Notes: generated by a model from the letters alone, not told the origin. DNA of 64,000 nt from Bacilli bacterium (GCA_051893155.1 JBJFGY010000017.1:1677-65676), one strand, 5' to 3'; counted from the first letter of the stretch, positions 29,449 to 40,206 are shown. Numbers and translations: made by a program.

Positions 29449-30936
29449 TTATTTATTAATATTTTTCATCGTTGGAAATAAAATTACATCACGAATTGAA
29501 TCTTGTTCTAAAAATAGCATCATAAGTCTATCAATACCAAAACCTATTCCACCAGCAGGAGGCATACCATATTCAAGTGCCTCAACAAAATCCATATCAA
29601 TATCATTTGCTTCATCATTACCAAGATTTTTTTCTTTAAGTTGCATTTCAAATCTATCAAGTTGAGTAATTGGATCATTTAGTTCGGTATAGGCATTAGC
29701 AAATTCCTTTCCGCCGATAAATAACTCAAATCGTTCTACAAATCTAGGATCATTTGGATTAGCTTTTGTAAGAGGACTAATTTCTACAGGATGACCATAT
29801 AAAAATGTTGGAGCAATCAAAGTATCCTCAACATACTTTTCAAAAAATAAATTTATAATATGACCAACTGTATGTTCATGTTCAGCAACTTCAATTTTAT
29901 GTTCATCAGCTAAAGCAAGAGCTTCATCAACACCCATTTCTTTACTAAAATCAATTCCAGTTACTTCTTTAATACTATCTACCATACTAATTCTTTTCCA
30001 AGGACCGGTTAAATCAATTTCGTTACCACACCAATTATAAACCGTTTTGTGCATTACTTGATTTGCAATTTCTTGAAACATTTTTTCTGTTAAATTCATC
30101 ATGCCTTCAAGATCAGAATATGCTAAATATGCCTCCATTAAAGTAAATTCAGGATTATGTTTTGGATCCATACCTTCATTTCTAAAAGTTCTACCTATTT
30201 CATAAACAGCTTCCATTCCTCCAACTAAAAGTCTTTTTAAAGGTAATTCTAAAGCTATTCTTAAATACATATCCATATCTTGCGTATTATGATGAGTTAT
30301 AAATGGTCTTGCACTTGCACCAGTAAGTAATGTTTGAAGTACAGGTGTTTCAACTTCAACGAACCCTTGACTGTCCATAAAATTTTGAATACATCTAATA
30401 ATTTTTGGTCTAGTAAATGCAACATTTCTTGCATCATCATTCATTATTAAATCAACATATCTTCTTCTATAACGTTCTTCAATATCCGTAAGACCATGAA
30501 ATTTTTCAGGAAGTGGTCTTAATGATTTTACTAAATGAGTATATTCATAGCATTTGATAGTTACTTCACCAGTTCCAGTTTTCATTACTTTACCTTTGAC
30601 ACCGACAATATCTCCAATATCTGCCGTTTTAAATAAAGTATATACTTCTTCACCAACATCATTTATAGAAATATAAATTTGAATATTTCCAGTTTTATCT
30701 TTTATTGAAAAAAATGATGCTTTACCCATTTTTCGTATAAACATTATTCTTCCAGCAACTATTTCAATATCTTCACGATTATTAAATTCATCATGAGGAA
30801 TATTTAAATACTTTTCTTTGATATCTTTAGCAAAACCAGTTCTTTCAAATTTATGTCCAAATGGATCAATACCTAAACTTACTAAATTATTTAATTTATC
30901 TCTTCTTACTTGTTCTTGTTCTGTAAATTCTCTCAT
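29449..30936 (-). CDS. lysS: lysine--tRNA ligase (class II)
   Basis: N-terminal OB anticodon-binding domain and class II motifs (RNEGMDPKHNPEFTLMEAY, GGIGFGIDRLMMLF). Confidence 0.95.
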   Translation of the reverse strand: MREFTEQEQVRRDKLNNLVSLGIDPFGHKFERTGFAKDIKEKYLNIPHDEFNNREDIEIVAGRIMFIRKMGKASFFSIKDKTGNIQIYISINDVGEEVYTLFKTADIGDIVGVKGKVMKTGTGEVTIKCYEYTHLVKSLRPLPEKFHGLTDIEERYRRRYVDLIMNDDARNVAFTRPKIIRCIQNFMDSQGFVEVETPVLQTLLTGASARPFITHHNTQDMDMYLRIALELPLKRLLVGGMEAVYEIGRTFRNEGMDPKHNPEFTLMEAYLAYSDLEGMMNLTEKMFQEIANQVMHKTVYNWCGNEIDLTGPWKRISMVDSIKEVTGIDFSKEMGVDEALALADEHKIEVAEHEHTVGHIINLFFEKYVEDTLIAPTFLYGHPVEISPLTKANPNDPRFVERFELFIGGKEFANAYTELNDPITQLDRFEMQLKEKNLGNDEANDIDMDFVEALEYGMPPAGGIGFGIDRLMMLFLEQDSIRDVILFPTMKNINK

Positions 30937-31018
30937 AATATCACCTACAAAAGTATTTTAACATAAAAAATAATTATTACCAACAAAAAATAAACGATTA
31001 TATTTTTTATATAATTAT

Positions 31019-31675
31019 TTATTTTAACCTTAATCTTTTTAACCTACTACCATTTTCATAAAAATTTTCATACTTTTCTTTTACATCTAATGGTAACTTA
31101 TCTATTAAAGTTAGTTTAATTAAAGATTTAAGTTTATCATAATATTTTTTTTCATTAATTTGTTTTGAATTTAATTCTTTTTCATTTATTAAATTTTCTA
31201 ATTTATATAATAATTCAAATTTTGTTTTTAAATCAATATTAGGTGTATTATCAATTTGTATTGATAAACTATTAATCTTTTCATCATAATTAAAAGTATC
31301 TTGAATATTTGGATTAAATATTTTTTCTATAGCACTTTGATTACCATTAAGTAAACTATTAATAACATATACAATTTTAGGAAAATAATAAATATCGTAT
31401 GAATAATGATATATATCTTCTGGAAAAGAGTAAAAATCATTATACTCTCTTACTCCTATTTTTTCCATATGAATATTTTTAAAATAAGAATCATTAAAAT
31501 AACATTTTCCAATCATTTCTTGAGCAACACGAACTTGAAAAATATCATCATATTCAACATGAACAATTCTACTACATTTAAATTTAATTTCTTCAAGTAA
31601 ATTTTGAATTATTTTTTCATCAAAAGATATTTGATATTTTTCTATACATTCATCACCATTTTTATAATATAACAT
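31019..31675 (-). CDS. hypothetical protein
   Basis: 218-aa ORF, Y/F-rich, with no recognisable motif. Confidence 0.35.
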   Translation of the reverse strand: MLYYKNGDECIEKYQISFDEKIIQNLLEEIKFKCSRIVHVEYDDIFQVRVAQEMIGKCYFNDSYFKNIHMEKIGVREYNDFYSFPEDIYHYSYDIYYFPKIVYVINSLLNGNQSAIEKIFNPNIQDTFNYDEKINSLSIQIDNTPNIDLKTKFELLYKLENLINEKELNSKQINEKKYYDKLKSLIKLTLIDKLPLDVKEKYENFYENGSRLKRLRLK

Positions 31676-31758
31676 TTTTACCTCCCTTAATCATTTTTTA
31701 AAAATAATTCCATAAATAAAGGATGACTTATTATCACCCTTCTTATCTTGTTTTTTAA

Positions 31759-32316
31759 TTAAATTTTATAAAGTTTTGTTCTTTTTTTAGTTACATAGTA
31801 TACGCCAGCACCAATAACTAAACCAGTTGCAATAATAATCATTGGAAGACTTGCACCTGTTTCAGGATTTGATGTACCTTGTGAACCACCATTGATAACT
31901 TCAATACTACAATCTTCTGTTGTATTTACAGGAACATTAACAACAATAGTTCCTATTTGAAAACTATTTCCAGTTGCTGTAGAACCATTTTTATCAAATT
32001 GACAAGTAATAAGCATTCTTCCTTCTGAATCTGTTCCATTATTAGTTGTTGTAGCAACAAACTCACCAAAATCTCCACATGTAGCAGAAGTAATAGCTTT
32101 ACCTAATCTAAATTTAACAATCTTTTGTGTAATAACATGATTTTCTGTATTATTAGTTAAACTTACACTTATACTATAAGTTTTCTTGTCAACACCATTA
32201 GTAGTTTCAGTACTTATTGGTGAACTTGAAACTGTAAGACTTTCCTCATAAGCATTAACCAATAAAGGCAAACAAAATACTCCCAAAACTAGTAAAAAAC
32301 TAAAAAACTTTTTCAT
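31759..32316 (-). CDS. cell-wall-anchored surface protein with an NPETG sorting signal (predicted class B sortase substrate)
   Basis: Signal peptide LLVNA-YEE. The C-terminus reads SNPETG, a hydrophobic stretch, then KKRTKLYKI, which is a classic tripartite sorting signal. Confidence 0.6.
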   Translation of the reverse strand: MKKFFSFLLVLGVFCLPLLVNAYEESLTVSSSPISTETTNGVDKKTYSISVSLTNNTENHVITQKIVKFRLGKAITSATCGDFGEFVATTTNNGTDSEGRMLITCQFDKNGSTATGNSFQIGTIVVNVPVNTTEDCSIEVINGGSQGTSNPETGASLPMIIIATGLVIGAGVYYVTKKRTKLYKI

Positions 32317-32433
32317 CCATCAACTCTCCTATCTTTATTATGACCTAATTATATCATAAAATTCAAAAAAACAATATATTTTTTAAAAATTTCTATTAAA
32401 AAATGTCAATTTGTGTTATCATAATTAATATAG

Positions 32434-33993
32434 GTGGATATAGTGAAGATATTAATTAAAATAAAAAACAATAGATTACAATTTATTAATAAGAAAAAAT
32501 TAAATACTGAATATAAAAATATGCTTAATACGAATGTAATTAATAATAATGAGTTAGTATTTAGTGATGAATATATATTATTAAATCAAAAAATTGTTAT
32601 AACTTTTTTAAATGAACTTATTAAAACATATTCTATAAATACTTTATCTTTTCAAAATATTGAAGTATTTACATTAATTTATAAATTAATAGTTAAAATA
32701 AAAAACATAGATTCAATATATATGGAATCTGATGAAATAATGAGTTATAAATTATGTGAAAAAATAAATAAATTAACTAATATAAAATATATTAGCTTTG
32801 CATACATACCAGTCTATATGTTTGAAATGCTTGATAAAAATGGTATTATTCCTGAATCAAGAAATGAAATACTATTTACATCTAATTTTATGGAAACTAA
32901 TGATTTAAAAACTTATTCTGCCATATTTTATAAAAATAGTATTTTATTAGAATTTCCATTATCTAATGAAGATATAGAAGATTTTGATACATTTTGTAAT
33001 ATAAATAGACATTTAAAAATAATTCATGTTAATAAAATTAATAAATATTTTCTAGAACTTGTACTTAATACTTTAATTAATAATAAGCAAAGAAATATTA
33101 AAATTGTTTTACATGGGGATGAACATGACCAAGAAGTTATTGAATATCTTAAAAAAAATAATAAAATCATTAAGAAAAAATATAGAATTTCTTTTAAATT
33201 AAAATATTCTAAAAAATACATTGAAGAAAATCTTGCTAGTGAAACAAATAATACAATATTAAGAACTTGTGGTTTAATTATTTTTGCAATTGTAATTTTT
33301 TCATTTATTTATGTTTTTTATGATAATTATAAATCAATGATGAAAGTAAGTAAAATTCAAAATGAAGTTGTAAAGTTTATTAATGCAACAGATACTAAAG
33401 ATATTGAAACGAATACTGCTTCAAATGGTCTTCCAATTAAAAATAATTATATTTACTCTTTAAAAGAAATAAATTCTGATGTTGTTGCTTGGCTTAAAGT
33501 TAATAATACAAATATTGACTACCCAATAGTTCAAACACTTGATAATGAATATTACCTTAAATATAATCTTTATCATGAAAAAGACGAAAATGGTTGGTTA
33601 TTTATGGATTATGATAATAATACTATAAAAATAGATGATAATATAATTATTTATGGACATAATAGATATTTAAATGGTGTTATGTTTGGAACACTTAATA
33701 AAACACTTTATAAAAATTGGTATACAAATGAAGAAAATCAAATTATAAAATTTGATACTCTTTATGGATCATACCAATATAAGGTATTCTCAATATATAT
33801 TATTCCTACTACTAGTGATTATTTAGAAACTAATTTTGATAATAATGAAGATAAAATAAATTTTTTAAATATGCTTAAAAAAAGAAGCATTTATGATTTT
33901 AACATTCAACTTGATGAAAATAGTAAAATTATTACACTATCAACTTGTCAAAGTGATACAACTAGACTTGTTCTTCATGCAGTCTTAGTTTAA
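32434..33993 (+). CDS. srtB: class B sortase with a roughly 290-aa N-terminal extension of unknown function
   Basis: The C-terminal 230 aa carry DVVAWLKVNNTNIDYPIVQTLDNEYYL, IIIYGHN, TLSTCQSD and TTRLVLHAV (SrtB H/C/R triad). They are preceded by a TM (LRTCGLIIFAIVIFSFIYVFY). No in-frame start lies near the TM, so the N-terminal domain appears fused. Confidence 0.65.
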   Translation: MDIVKILIKIKNNRLQFINKKKLNTEYKNMLNTNVINNNELVFSDEYILLNQKIVITFLNELIKTYSINTLSFQNIEVFTLIYKLIVKIKNIDSIYMESDEIMSYKLCEKINKLTNIKYISFAYIPVYMFEMLDKNGIIPESRNEILFTSNFMETNDLKTYSAIFYKNSILLEFPLSNEDIEDFDTFCNINRHLKIIHVNKINKYFLELVLNTLINNKQRNIKIVLHGDEHDQEVIEYLKKNNKIIKKKYRISFKLKYSKKYIEENLASETNNTILRTCGLIIFAIVIFSFIYVFYDNYKSMMKVSKIQNEVVKFINATDTKDIETNTASNGLPIKNNYIYSLKEINSDVVAWLKVNNTNIDYPIVQTLDNEYYLKYNLYHEKDENGWLFMDYDNNTIKIDDNIIIYGHNRYLNGVMFGTLNKTLYKNWYTNEENQIIKFDTLYGSYQYKVFSIYIIPTTSDYLETNFDNNEDKINFLNMLKKRSIYDFNIQLDENSKIITLSTCQSDTTRLVLHAVLV

Positions 33994-35038
33994 TAATCTC
34001 ATTATTTTTTAAAATTCTTTCATCATTACTTAAGGATATTGCCTTATTACTATAAAGAAGTGCAATATCCTTTTTATTTAAGTAAAAAGCACATATACTA
34101 TATAAATCATATATAAATCCATTCCAAGCAAAATCTTCATTTATATAACTTATACTTTTTTCTTTAATTAAAAATGCTTTATCTAAAAGTTCAATAGCTT
34201 TTTGATATTCTTTTTGATTATAATATAGGTTTGCAAGTTCAACATAACTTTCTCTTAAATAAGGTGCTTCTCTAATTGCACTTTCATACCAAAATATTGC
34301 TTCTTCTGGATATTTTAATCCCAAATAACATCTAGCCATAAATCTTTTCGATGCACATCTTTCATCTTTCCAAGTCGCATTTTTACAATTTAAATGTTTA
34401 TGAAATGTTTTTATCGCTTTTGTATATTTATGATAATACATATACTCTCTTCCCAAATAATGTAAATTTCGATCATCTTCGGGATCCTCTTTTACACTTA
34501 ATTCTAAAAGTGATAAATAATTACTTCTTGATATTTTATAATCCTGATAATGATTTAAAGTAATACCTTCAATTAAAATTTCTTTTTCTTCATTTAAAGG
34601 TTTTAATACTTCATGAACGGGATGAGTCCATATATAATCTTTGGTGTGTATTTTATTTAAATAAAATATAGTTGCAGGATTACCAAATTCATCAAAAGAC
34701 CAATTATATAAATACCTTACTCTAGTACTACCTTTTATATAATTTTCTTCTAATACTTTTCGCCAACCTTTTTCAAAACGTTCATCTATATCAGTACACA
34801 CATATAAATCGTATTTCTTTTTTATCATTTTAAGTGATTTATTTCTTGCTACATCAAACCTAAAAGGATTTATTACTTCTTTTTTTACATGAACACCTAA
34901 AGACTTTAATAATTTAACACTTTTATCAGTACTTCCTGTATCAAGAACATAAATATCATCGGCTTCACTCATACTTTCTTGCCATAAAGCAATATTTTTT
35001 TCTTCATTTTTGCATATTGCATAAACACATATTTTCAT
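33962..35038 (-). CDS. family 2 glycosyltransferase fused to TPR repeats
   Basis: N-terminus ICVYAICKNEE...YVLDTGSTD... is GT2-like with a DxD-type region. The C-terminal half has several TPR-like YYxxG/A repeats. Convergent 32-nt overlap with srtB. Confidence 0.6.
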   Translation of the reverse strand: MKICVYAICKNEEKNIALWQESMSEADDIYVLDTGSTDKSVKLLKSLGVHVKKEVINPFRFDVARNKSLKMIKKKYDLYVCTDIDERFEKGWRKVLEENYIKGSTRVRYLYNWSFDEFGNPATIFYLNKIHTKDYIWTHPVHEVLKPLNEEKEILIEGITLNHYQDYKISRSNYLSLLELSVKEDPEDDRNLHYLGREYMYYHKYTKAIKTFHKHLNCKNATWKDERCASKRFMARCYLGLKYPEEAIFWYESAIREAPYLRESYVELANLYYNQKEYQKAIELLDKAFLIKEKSISYINEDFAWNGFIYDLYSICAFYLNKKDIALLYSNKAISLSNDERILKNNEIIKLRLHEEQV

Positions 35039-35099
35039 TTGTCACCATAATATTTTATGCAATAATAATTTTTTTAGTTAATTAAAATTATTTAATTTT

Positions 35100-35152
35100 T
35101 TATATAAAAAAATCCTCGTTTCACATCATATGTATAACAAGGATTTTATTAT
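35100..35152. terminator. bidirectional terminator hairpin
   Basis: aaaaaaatcctcgtt...aacaaggatttt: an aaatcct/aggattt stem flanked by A and T runs. Confidence 0.4.
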
Positions 35153-35179
35153 TTTATAATTGCTTAATCGATTATACTA

Positions 35180-35971
35180 TTAATAAGAGCCTTTTAAATA
35201 CTCTAAACTTAACATATATTCTATATTATCAGTCTTGTAATATTTAAGTTTAAAATATGCGCCATATTTTTCTTTAGTAATATCATTATCTAATTCATAA
35301 CAATTATTTTTTTTCTCTAAAAGACAATCATCATCATATAAATGTAAAATTAAATAGTAGTTATTACCATTTTTATATTTATCTACTGCTTTTAATACAA
35401 TAGGTGACCAACCTCCGCCAACATAATTAGGGTCATAATTATAAAAATCTTGATTATAAAACTCTTCATTACATATAAATTTTTCTTTACCAAAGAAAAT
35501 ACTAGCTAATGATTTTAATTTTTTTAAATCACAAACATAATTATTATCATCGTCACTTTGTTGGCAATAATCATAAGATGGATATTTTGCATTATTTAAA
35601 GTTCCATTCAATTGAAATTCAACATATGCACTAGCAACTTTAATTTTAGTACAATCATTTAAAAATAAATCATCACCAATTTTAGAATCACCAGGAATAA
35701 AAGGAAACATATTAATACTATTTTCAACATTAAATATTGCTAATCTAGTATTTATTTCTTTTCTTTCTTCATCATTAAGTATTAATTTTGTATAACCACT
35801 TTCAATAGGAAATGTTACTATATTATTTGTATTATTTTCATTACTAATTAGTTTGTTATTAGAATTTATTATTTTATCATAAATAATATATCCTCCAAGA
35901 ATCAATATTAAAGCACTAAAAATACTAACAATAGCATATAAAATTTTAATTTTTTTCTGATTTTCCAACAC
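35180..35971 (-). CDS. hypothetical N-anchored extracytoplasmic protein
   Basis: 263 aa. N-terminal TM, then a Cys-containing soluble domain. Confidence 0.4.
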   Translation of the reverse strand: MLENQKKIKILYAIVSIFSALILILGGYIIYDKIINSNNKLISNENNTNNIVTFPIESGYTKLILNDEERKEINTRLAIFNVENSINMFPFIPGDSKIGDDLFLNDCTKIKVASAYVEFQLNGTLNNAKYPSYDYCQQSDDDNNYVCDLKKLKSLASIFFGKEKFICNEEFYNQDFYNYDPNYVGGGWSPIVLKAVDKYKNGNNYYLILHLYDDDCLLEKKNNCYELDNDITKEKYGAYFKLKYYKTDNIEYMLSLEYLKGSY

Positions 35972-36025
35972 TTATCCCTACTATCTAAAATAATTATAAT
36001 ATAAACGATTTATAATTTCAATATT

Positions 36026-37090
36026 TTAAAAAGAACAATTATATTTTAATATATTTCGATAATAATTACTTATTTCATTATAATTTGTTGGAAAAGATGA
36101 ATTATATTCTTTATCTAAGATATCACTTGTTAAAAATGAAAGTAATGAAATTTGTTTATTTTCTTTATCAATTAAAGCATATCCTTCTTCACCATTAATT
36201 GTTATTTTTCCATCATTAATTTTTTTAATAATATTATCATATTCTGTATCATTATCATAAGTATTTACTTTTATCCTAACTGAAACATTCATACTATTTT
36301 TGTTATTATCAAAAACAAATTTGTCAATAATACTACCATCAGGACTTGTACAATTAAAAATCATTTTTGGTTCATTTTCAATAACATAGACAAAAGATGT
36401 AATGGTATTATCATTATTATTTTCATCAACAGCCTTAATATTTATGTTTTTAAAACCAACACTAGTTAAAGAATTTAATGCATTTTCTTTATTTTCAAAT
36501 GAAAAAGTATAATTATTAGGTGAAGATATAAGTCTTTCAACATTTATACTATTTCCTAAAACTAAATATGTAAATTCATTTTTTAAATTTAGAACTACTT
36601 TCTCAGTAATAACTTGATCATCATCTGTTTTTTCCTTTACAACTACTTTTGCAGAATATTTTGAATTACCACACGTAACATAATAATCATATACTCCGAC
36701 TTTAGAAGTATCAACATTTTTTGTGTTCAAACTACATTTAGAAATATCTAAATTGTCAAAATTACCATAATCATCCATGCTTTCAGGTAAAGAATCACCA
36801 ACTTTTATTGTAATATTATTTAAAGTAAAAGCTGCAGTTGTATTATTTTGATTTTTATTTTTTGCCATATTTAAATAATAATAAACACCATAAGCAACAC
36901 CACCCATTAATGCAATAATTAAAATTACAAATAATAATTTTTTAATAAAAGATTCTTTGTTCTTAGAATTTTTATTATCATTATTTTCTTTTTTTAAATT
37001 ATTGTCTTCTACTTTTTGTTGCGGTACTGGTGCATCTAATGTTTCAATTACTTCTACTAATGTTGGATCAGTTCCAATTTCATTTTTCAC
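36026..37090 (-). CDS. hypothetical bitopic membrane protein
   Basis: 354 aa. A roughly 60-aa N-terminal cytoplasmic segment, one TM, and a large extracytoplasmic domain. Confidence 0.4.
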   Translation of the reverse strand: MKNEIGTDPTLVEVIETLDAPVPQQKVEDNNLKKENNDNKNSKNKESFIKKLLFVILIIALMGGVAYGVYYYLNMAKNKNQNNTTAAFTLNNITIKVGDSLPESMDDYGNFDNLDISKCSLNTKNVDTSKVGVYDYYVTCGNSKYSAKVVVKEKTDDDQVITEKVVLNLKNEFTYLVLGNSINVERLISSPNNYTFSFENKENALNSLTSVGFKNINIKAVDENNNDNTITSFVYVIENEPKMIFNCTSPDGSIIDKFVFDNNKNSMNVSVRIKVNTYDNDTEYDNIIKKINDGKITINGEEGYALIDKENKQISLLSFLTSDILDKEYNSSFPTNYNEISNYYRNILKYNCSF

Positions 37091-37128
37091 ACTTAATCAC
37101 CCTTTACTCTAATTAAATTATATCTTTA

Positions 37129-38445
37129 TTAAATATTTTTTGCAAGATTTTTAAATTCATTCCCACGAGTTTCAAATTTATCATATTGATCCCAACTAGC
37201 ACTTGCAGGTGATAGTAATACTACTCCACTATTTAAATTATCTTTTTTAATCATTTCCATTGCAACTTTAAGTGTATAACATTTTTCAGAGTTTATATTT
37301 AGTTCTTTAGCATAATTAAATACTTCATCAGTAACCTGCCCAATCGCATAAATTTTTTTAACATGTTTCATATAATTATCCAACTCATGAAAATTTTGAT
37401 TTCTTTGCATTCCACCAAGAATAAGATAAACATCTTCTTTAAAAGAATTTAATGCCGTAATAGTGGATGTAGGATTAGTGGCTTTAGAATCATTATAAAA
37501 TTTTAAATTATCTTTTTGACAAACAAATTCTATTCTATGTTCAACTCCATTAAAACTCCTAAAAAAATCTTTTACAATATCTTTATCTATTCCAAATTCA
37601 TTTATAACTAAAAGTGCAGCCATAATATTTTCATAATTATGTTGACCTTTAATTTTAATATCATTTATATTAATAATTTTTTCATCTTTTATAAATATAA
37701 AATCATCTTTTATAAATGCATCTTTACCATTAAAATATTCTTTTTTAGATTTAATATCTTTAGTTATATCCATACTATCTAAATTATTTTGATTAATTAT
37801 AGCAAGATCTTTTTCTGTATGATGATTAAATATATTATGTTTTACTTTTTTATAATTTTCATAATTTCCATGATAATCCAAATGAGTTTGACATAAATTT
37901 GTAAGAACACTTATATCTGTTTTAAAATCTTTAAAGTTAATTAGTTGATGATCAGAAATTTCTAATAAAAGTACATCACCACTTTTTATTAATGGGATTA
38001 CTTCACTTAAAGGATAGCCAATATTTCCTCCTAAAACGACTGGAATATTCATTTTTTTTAATAATTCATAAATAATTGTCGTTGTTGTAGTTTTACCATT
38101 AGAACCTGTAACGCCAATTATTTTGATGTTTTTTGGAAGAAAGTGATATGCTACTTCCATTTCATTATAAATTTGTATATTTAATTTACTTGCTTCAATT
38201 AATAATTCATGAAATGGCATTACTCCTGGGTTTTTAATAACCATATCAAAAGACGAATTAAATATATCTAGAGGTTTATCAGTTTTAATAAATTTTACAC
38301 CAAGGCTTTCTAATTCGTGAACTTTATCTTCATCTTGATCATTTTTATCAGTTATAACTATTTCATTATTTTTACAGAGTAATTTTGCAACATTATAACC
38401 ACTTCTAGCCATACCTAAAATAAATATTTTTTTATTTTCAAACAT
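37129..38445 (-). CDS. murD: UDP-N-acetylmuramoylalanine--D-glutamate ligase
   Basis: IFILGMARSG, GVTGSNGKTTTT, Mur ligase family. 438 aa. Confidence 0.9.
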   Translation of the reverse strand: MFENKKIFILGMARSGYNVAKLLCKNNEIVITDKNDQDEDKVHELESLGVKFIKTDKPLDIFNSSFDMVIKNPGVMPFHELLIEASKLNIQIYNEMEVAYHFLPKNIKIIGVTGSNGKTTTTTIIYELLKKMNIPVVLGGNIGYPLSEVIPLIKSGDVLLLEISDHQLINFKDFKTDISVLTNLCQTHLDYHGNYENYKKVKHNIFNHHTEKDLAIINQNNLDSMDITKDIKSKKEYFNGKDAFIKDDFIFIKDEKIININDIKIKGQHNYENIMAALLVINEFGIDKDIVKDFFRSFNGVEHRIEFVCQKDNLKFYNDSKATNPTSTITALNSFKEDVYLILGGMQRNQNFHELDNYMKHVKKIYAIGQVTDEVFNYAKELNINSEKCYTLKVAMEMIKKDNLNSGVVLLSPASASWDQYDKFETRGNEFKNLAKNI

Positions 38446-38454
38446 TTTATCACC

Positions 38455-40206
38455 TTATTTTAATACTGCTTTAATTCTACGTACTCCAGCAGAAGAACTT
38501 TCTTCTTTAACAATTTTAAATGTACCAAGTTCACTAGTATTTTTTACATGTGGACCCATACAAATTTCTTTAGATACATCTCCGATACTATATACAGATA
38601 CAATATCAGGATATTTTTCTATAAACATTGCTTCAGCCCCACTATCAACGGCACTAGATTTAGGCATTTCTTCCATAGTTACTGGAATACTTTCACTTAT
38701 CCATTTATTAACTAAATTTTCAACTTCAGTTATTTCTTCATTACTTAATTTATGATCACAACTAAAATCAAAACGCATTCTTTCATCATTAATATTTGAG
38801 CCTTTTTGATGAACATTACCATTTATAACTTTTTTTAATGCTGCATTAAGTAAATGAGTTGCAGTATGATATCTTGTTTCTATTTCACTATTACCTGCAA
38901 GGCCACCTTTAAATTGACCAACTGAAGCAGTTCTAGATAAATTTTGATGTTCTTTAAATTTTTCTTCAAACCCTTTTTCATCAACTTTTAAACCTTTTTC
39001 ATTTGCAAGTTCAATAGTAAGTTCAATTGGAAAGCCAAATGTATCATATAAATGAAAAGCTACTTCACCATTTATATCTTCATTATTTTTAATTATTTTA
39101 GAAAATTCTCTTAATCCTTTTTCTAATGTTTTATTAAATTTATCTTTTTCATTTTTTAATACTTCATAAATAACTTCTTCATTTTTACTAAGTTCATTAT
39201 AATATTTTGAATATTTTGAAATAATAAGACTTGCAATTTGTTTTTCCCAATCTGATTCAATATTAATACCAAGATTTTTAGCATGCCTTATACTTCTTCG
39301 AATTAATCTTCTTAAAATATAACCTTGACCAACATTAGATGGTTTTATGCCTGCATTATCACCTGCAATAAAAACTGAAGTTCTAATATGATCTGCAATA
39401 ATACGTATTGATTTTTCATTACCTTCATAAGGAAGTGAAGATATTTTACATATTAAATCAATTACATCTTTCCATATAGAAGAAGCGTAATTATCATTTA
39501 CTCCTTCAAGAACTGCTGTTACTCTTTCAAGTCCCATACCTGTATCAACATTTTTATTAGGTAAAGTTGTTACTGAACCATCTGAATTTTTATTAAATTC
39601 CATGAAAACATCATTCCAAATTTCAACCCATCTATCATCTTCCGGATCAAATTTTTTAGGAATTTCATCATTACTACGAAAATAAAACATTTCAGTGTCT
39701 GGGCCACAAGGACCAGTTTCACCAGCAATCCAAAAATTATCATCTTTTGTAAGAACAATTCTGTCTTCATTTATGCCAAGTGATTTCCATATATTGTAAC
39801 TTTCTTCATCAAAAGGAATAGTTTCATTACCTGCAAAAACAGTAACAGCAAGTCTTTCTATAGGGATATTTAAAACTTTTGTTAAAAATTCGAAACTCCA
39901 AGTGATAGCTTCTTTTTTAAAATAATCTCCTAATGACCAATTTCCAAGCATTTCAAAAAATGTATGATGGGTTGCATCACCAATACTATCCAAATCATTT
40001 GTTCTAATACATTTTTGTGCATCACAAAGTCTTGTTCCGTACGGATGTTTTTTTCCCATTAAATATGGAATGAGTGGCTGCATTCCCGCAGTATTAAAAA
40101 GTACTGATGGATCATTTTCTGGAACTACCGGTGCACTAGGTATTTCCTTATGACCTTTAGAAACAAAAAAATCAATATATAAATCTTTTAAATTAACGCA
40201 TTTCAT
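38455..40206 (-). CDS. alaS: alanine--tRNA ligase, short form (catalytic + tRNA-recognition + editing domains; no C-Ala domain)
   Basis: Class II motifs (FNTAGMQP, VDTGMGLERV) and the editing-domain zinc motif HTATHLL...CMGPHV. Only 583 aa, versus about 870 aa for canonical bacterial AlaRS. Confidence 0.8.
   Translation of the reverse strand: MKCVNLKDLYIDFFVSKGHKEIPSAPVVPENDPSVLFNTAGMQPLIPYLMGKKHPYGTRLCDAQKCIRTNDLDSIGDATHHTFFEMLGNWSLGDYFKKEAITWSFEFLTKVLNIPIERLAVTVFAGNETIPFDEESYNIWKSLGINEDRIVLTKDDNFWIAGETGPCGPDTEMFYFRSNDEIPKKFDPEDDRWVEIWNDVFMEFNKNSDGSVTTLPNKNVDTGMGLERVTAVLEGVNDNYASSIWKDVIDLICKISSLPYEGNEKSIRIIADHIRTSVFIAGDNAGIKPSNVGQGYILRRLIRRSIRHAKNLGINIESDWEKQIASLIISKYSKYYNELSKNEEVIYEVLKNEKDKFNKTLEKGLREFSKIIKNNEDINGEVAFHLYDTFGFPIELTIELANEKGLKVDEKGFEEKFKEHQNLSRTASVGQFKGGLAGNSEIETRYHTATHLLNAALKKVINGNVHQKGSNINDERMRFDFSCDHKLSNEEITEVENLVNKWISESIPVTMEEMPKSSAVDSGAEAMFIEKYPDIVSVYSIGDVSKEICMGPHVKNTSELGTFKIVKEESSSAGVRRIKAVLK

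Noticed and set aside
39570-39770. Track ORF 39570..39770(-) inside alaS
   Set aside because: Out-of-frame internal ORF of a well-supported gene.
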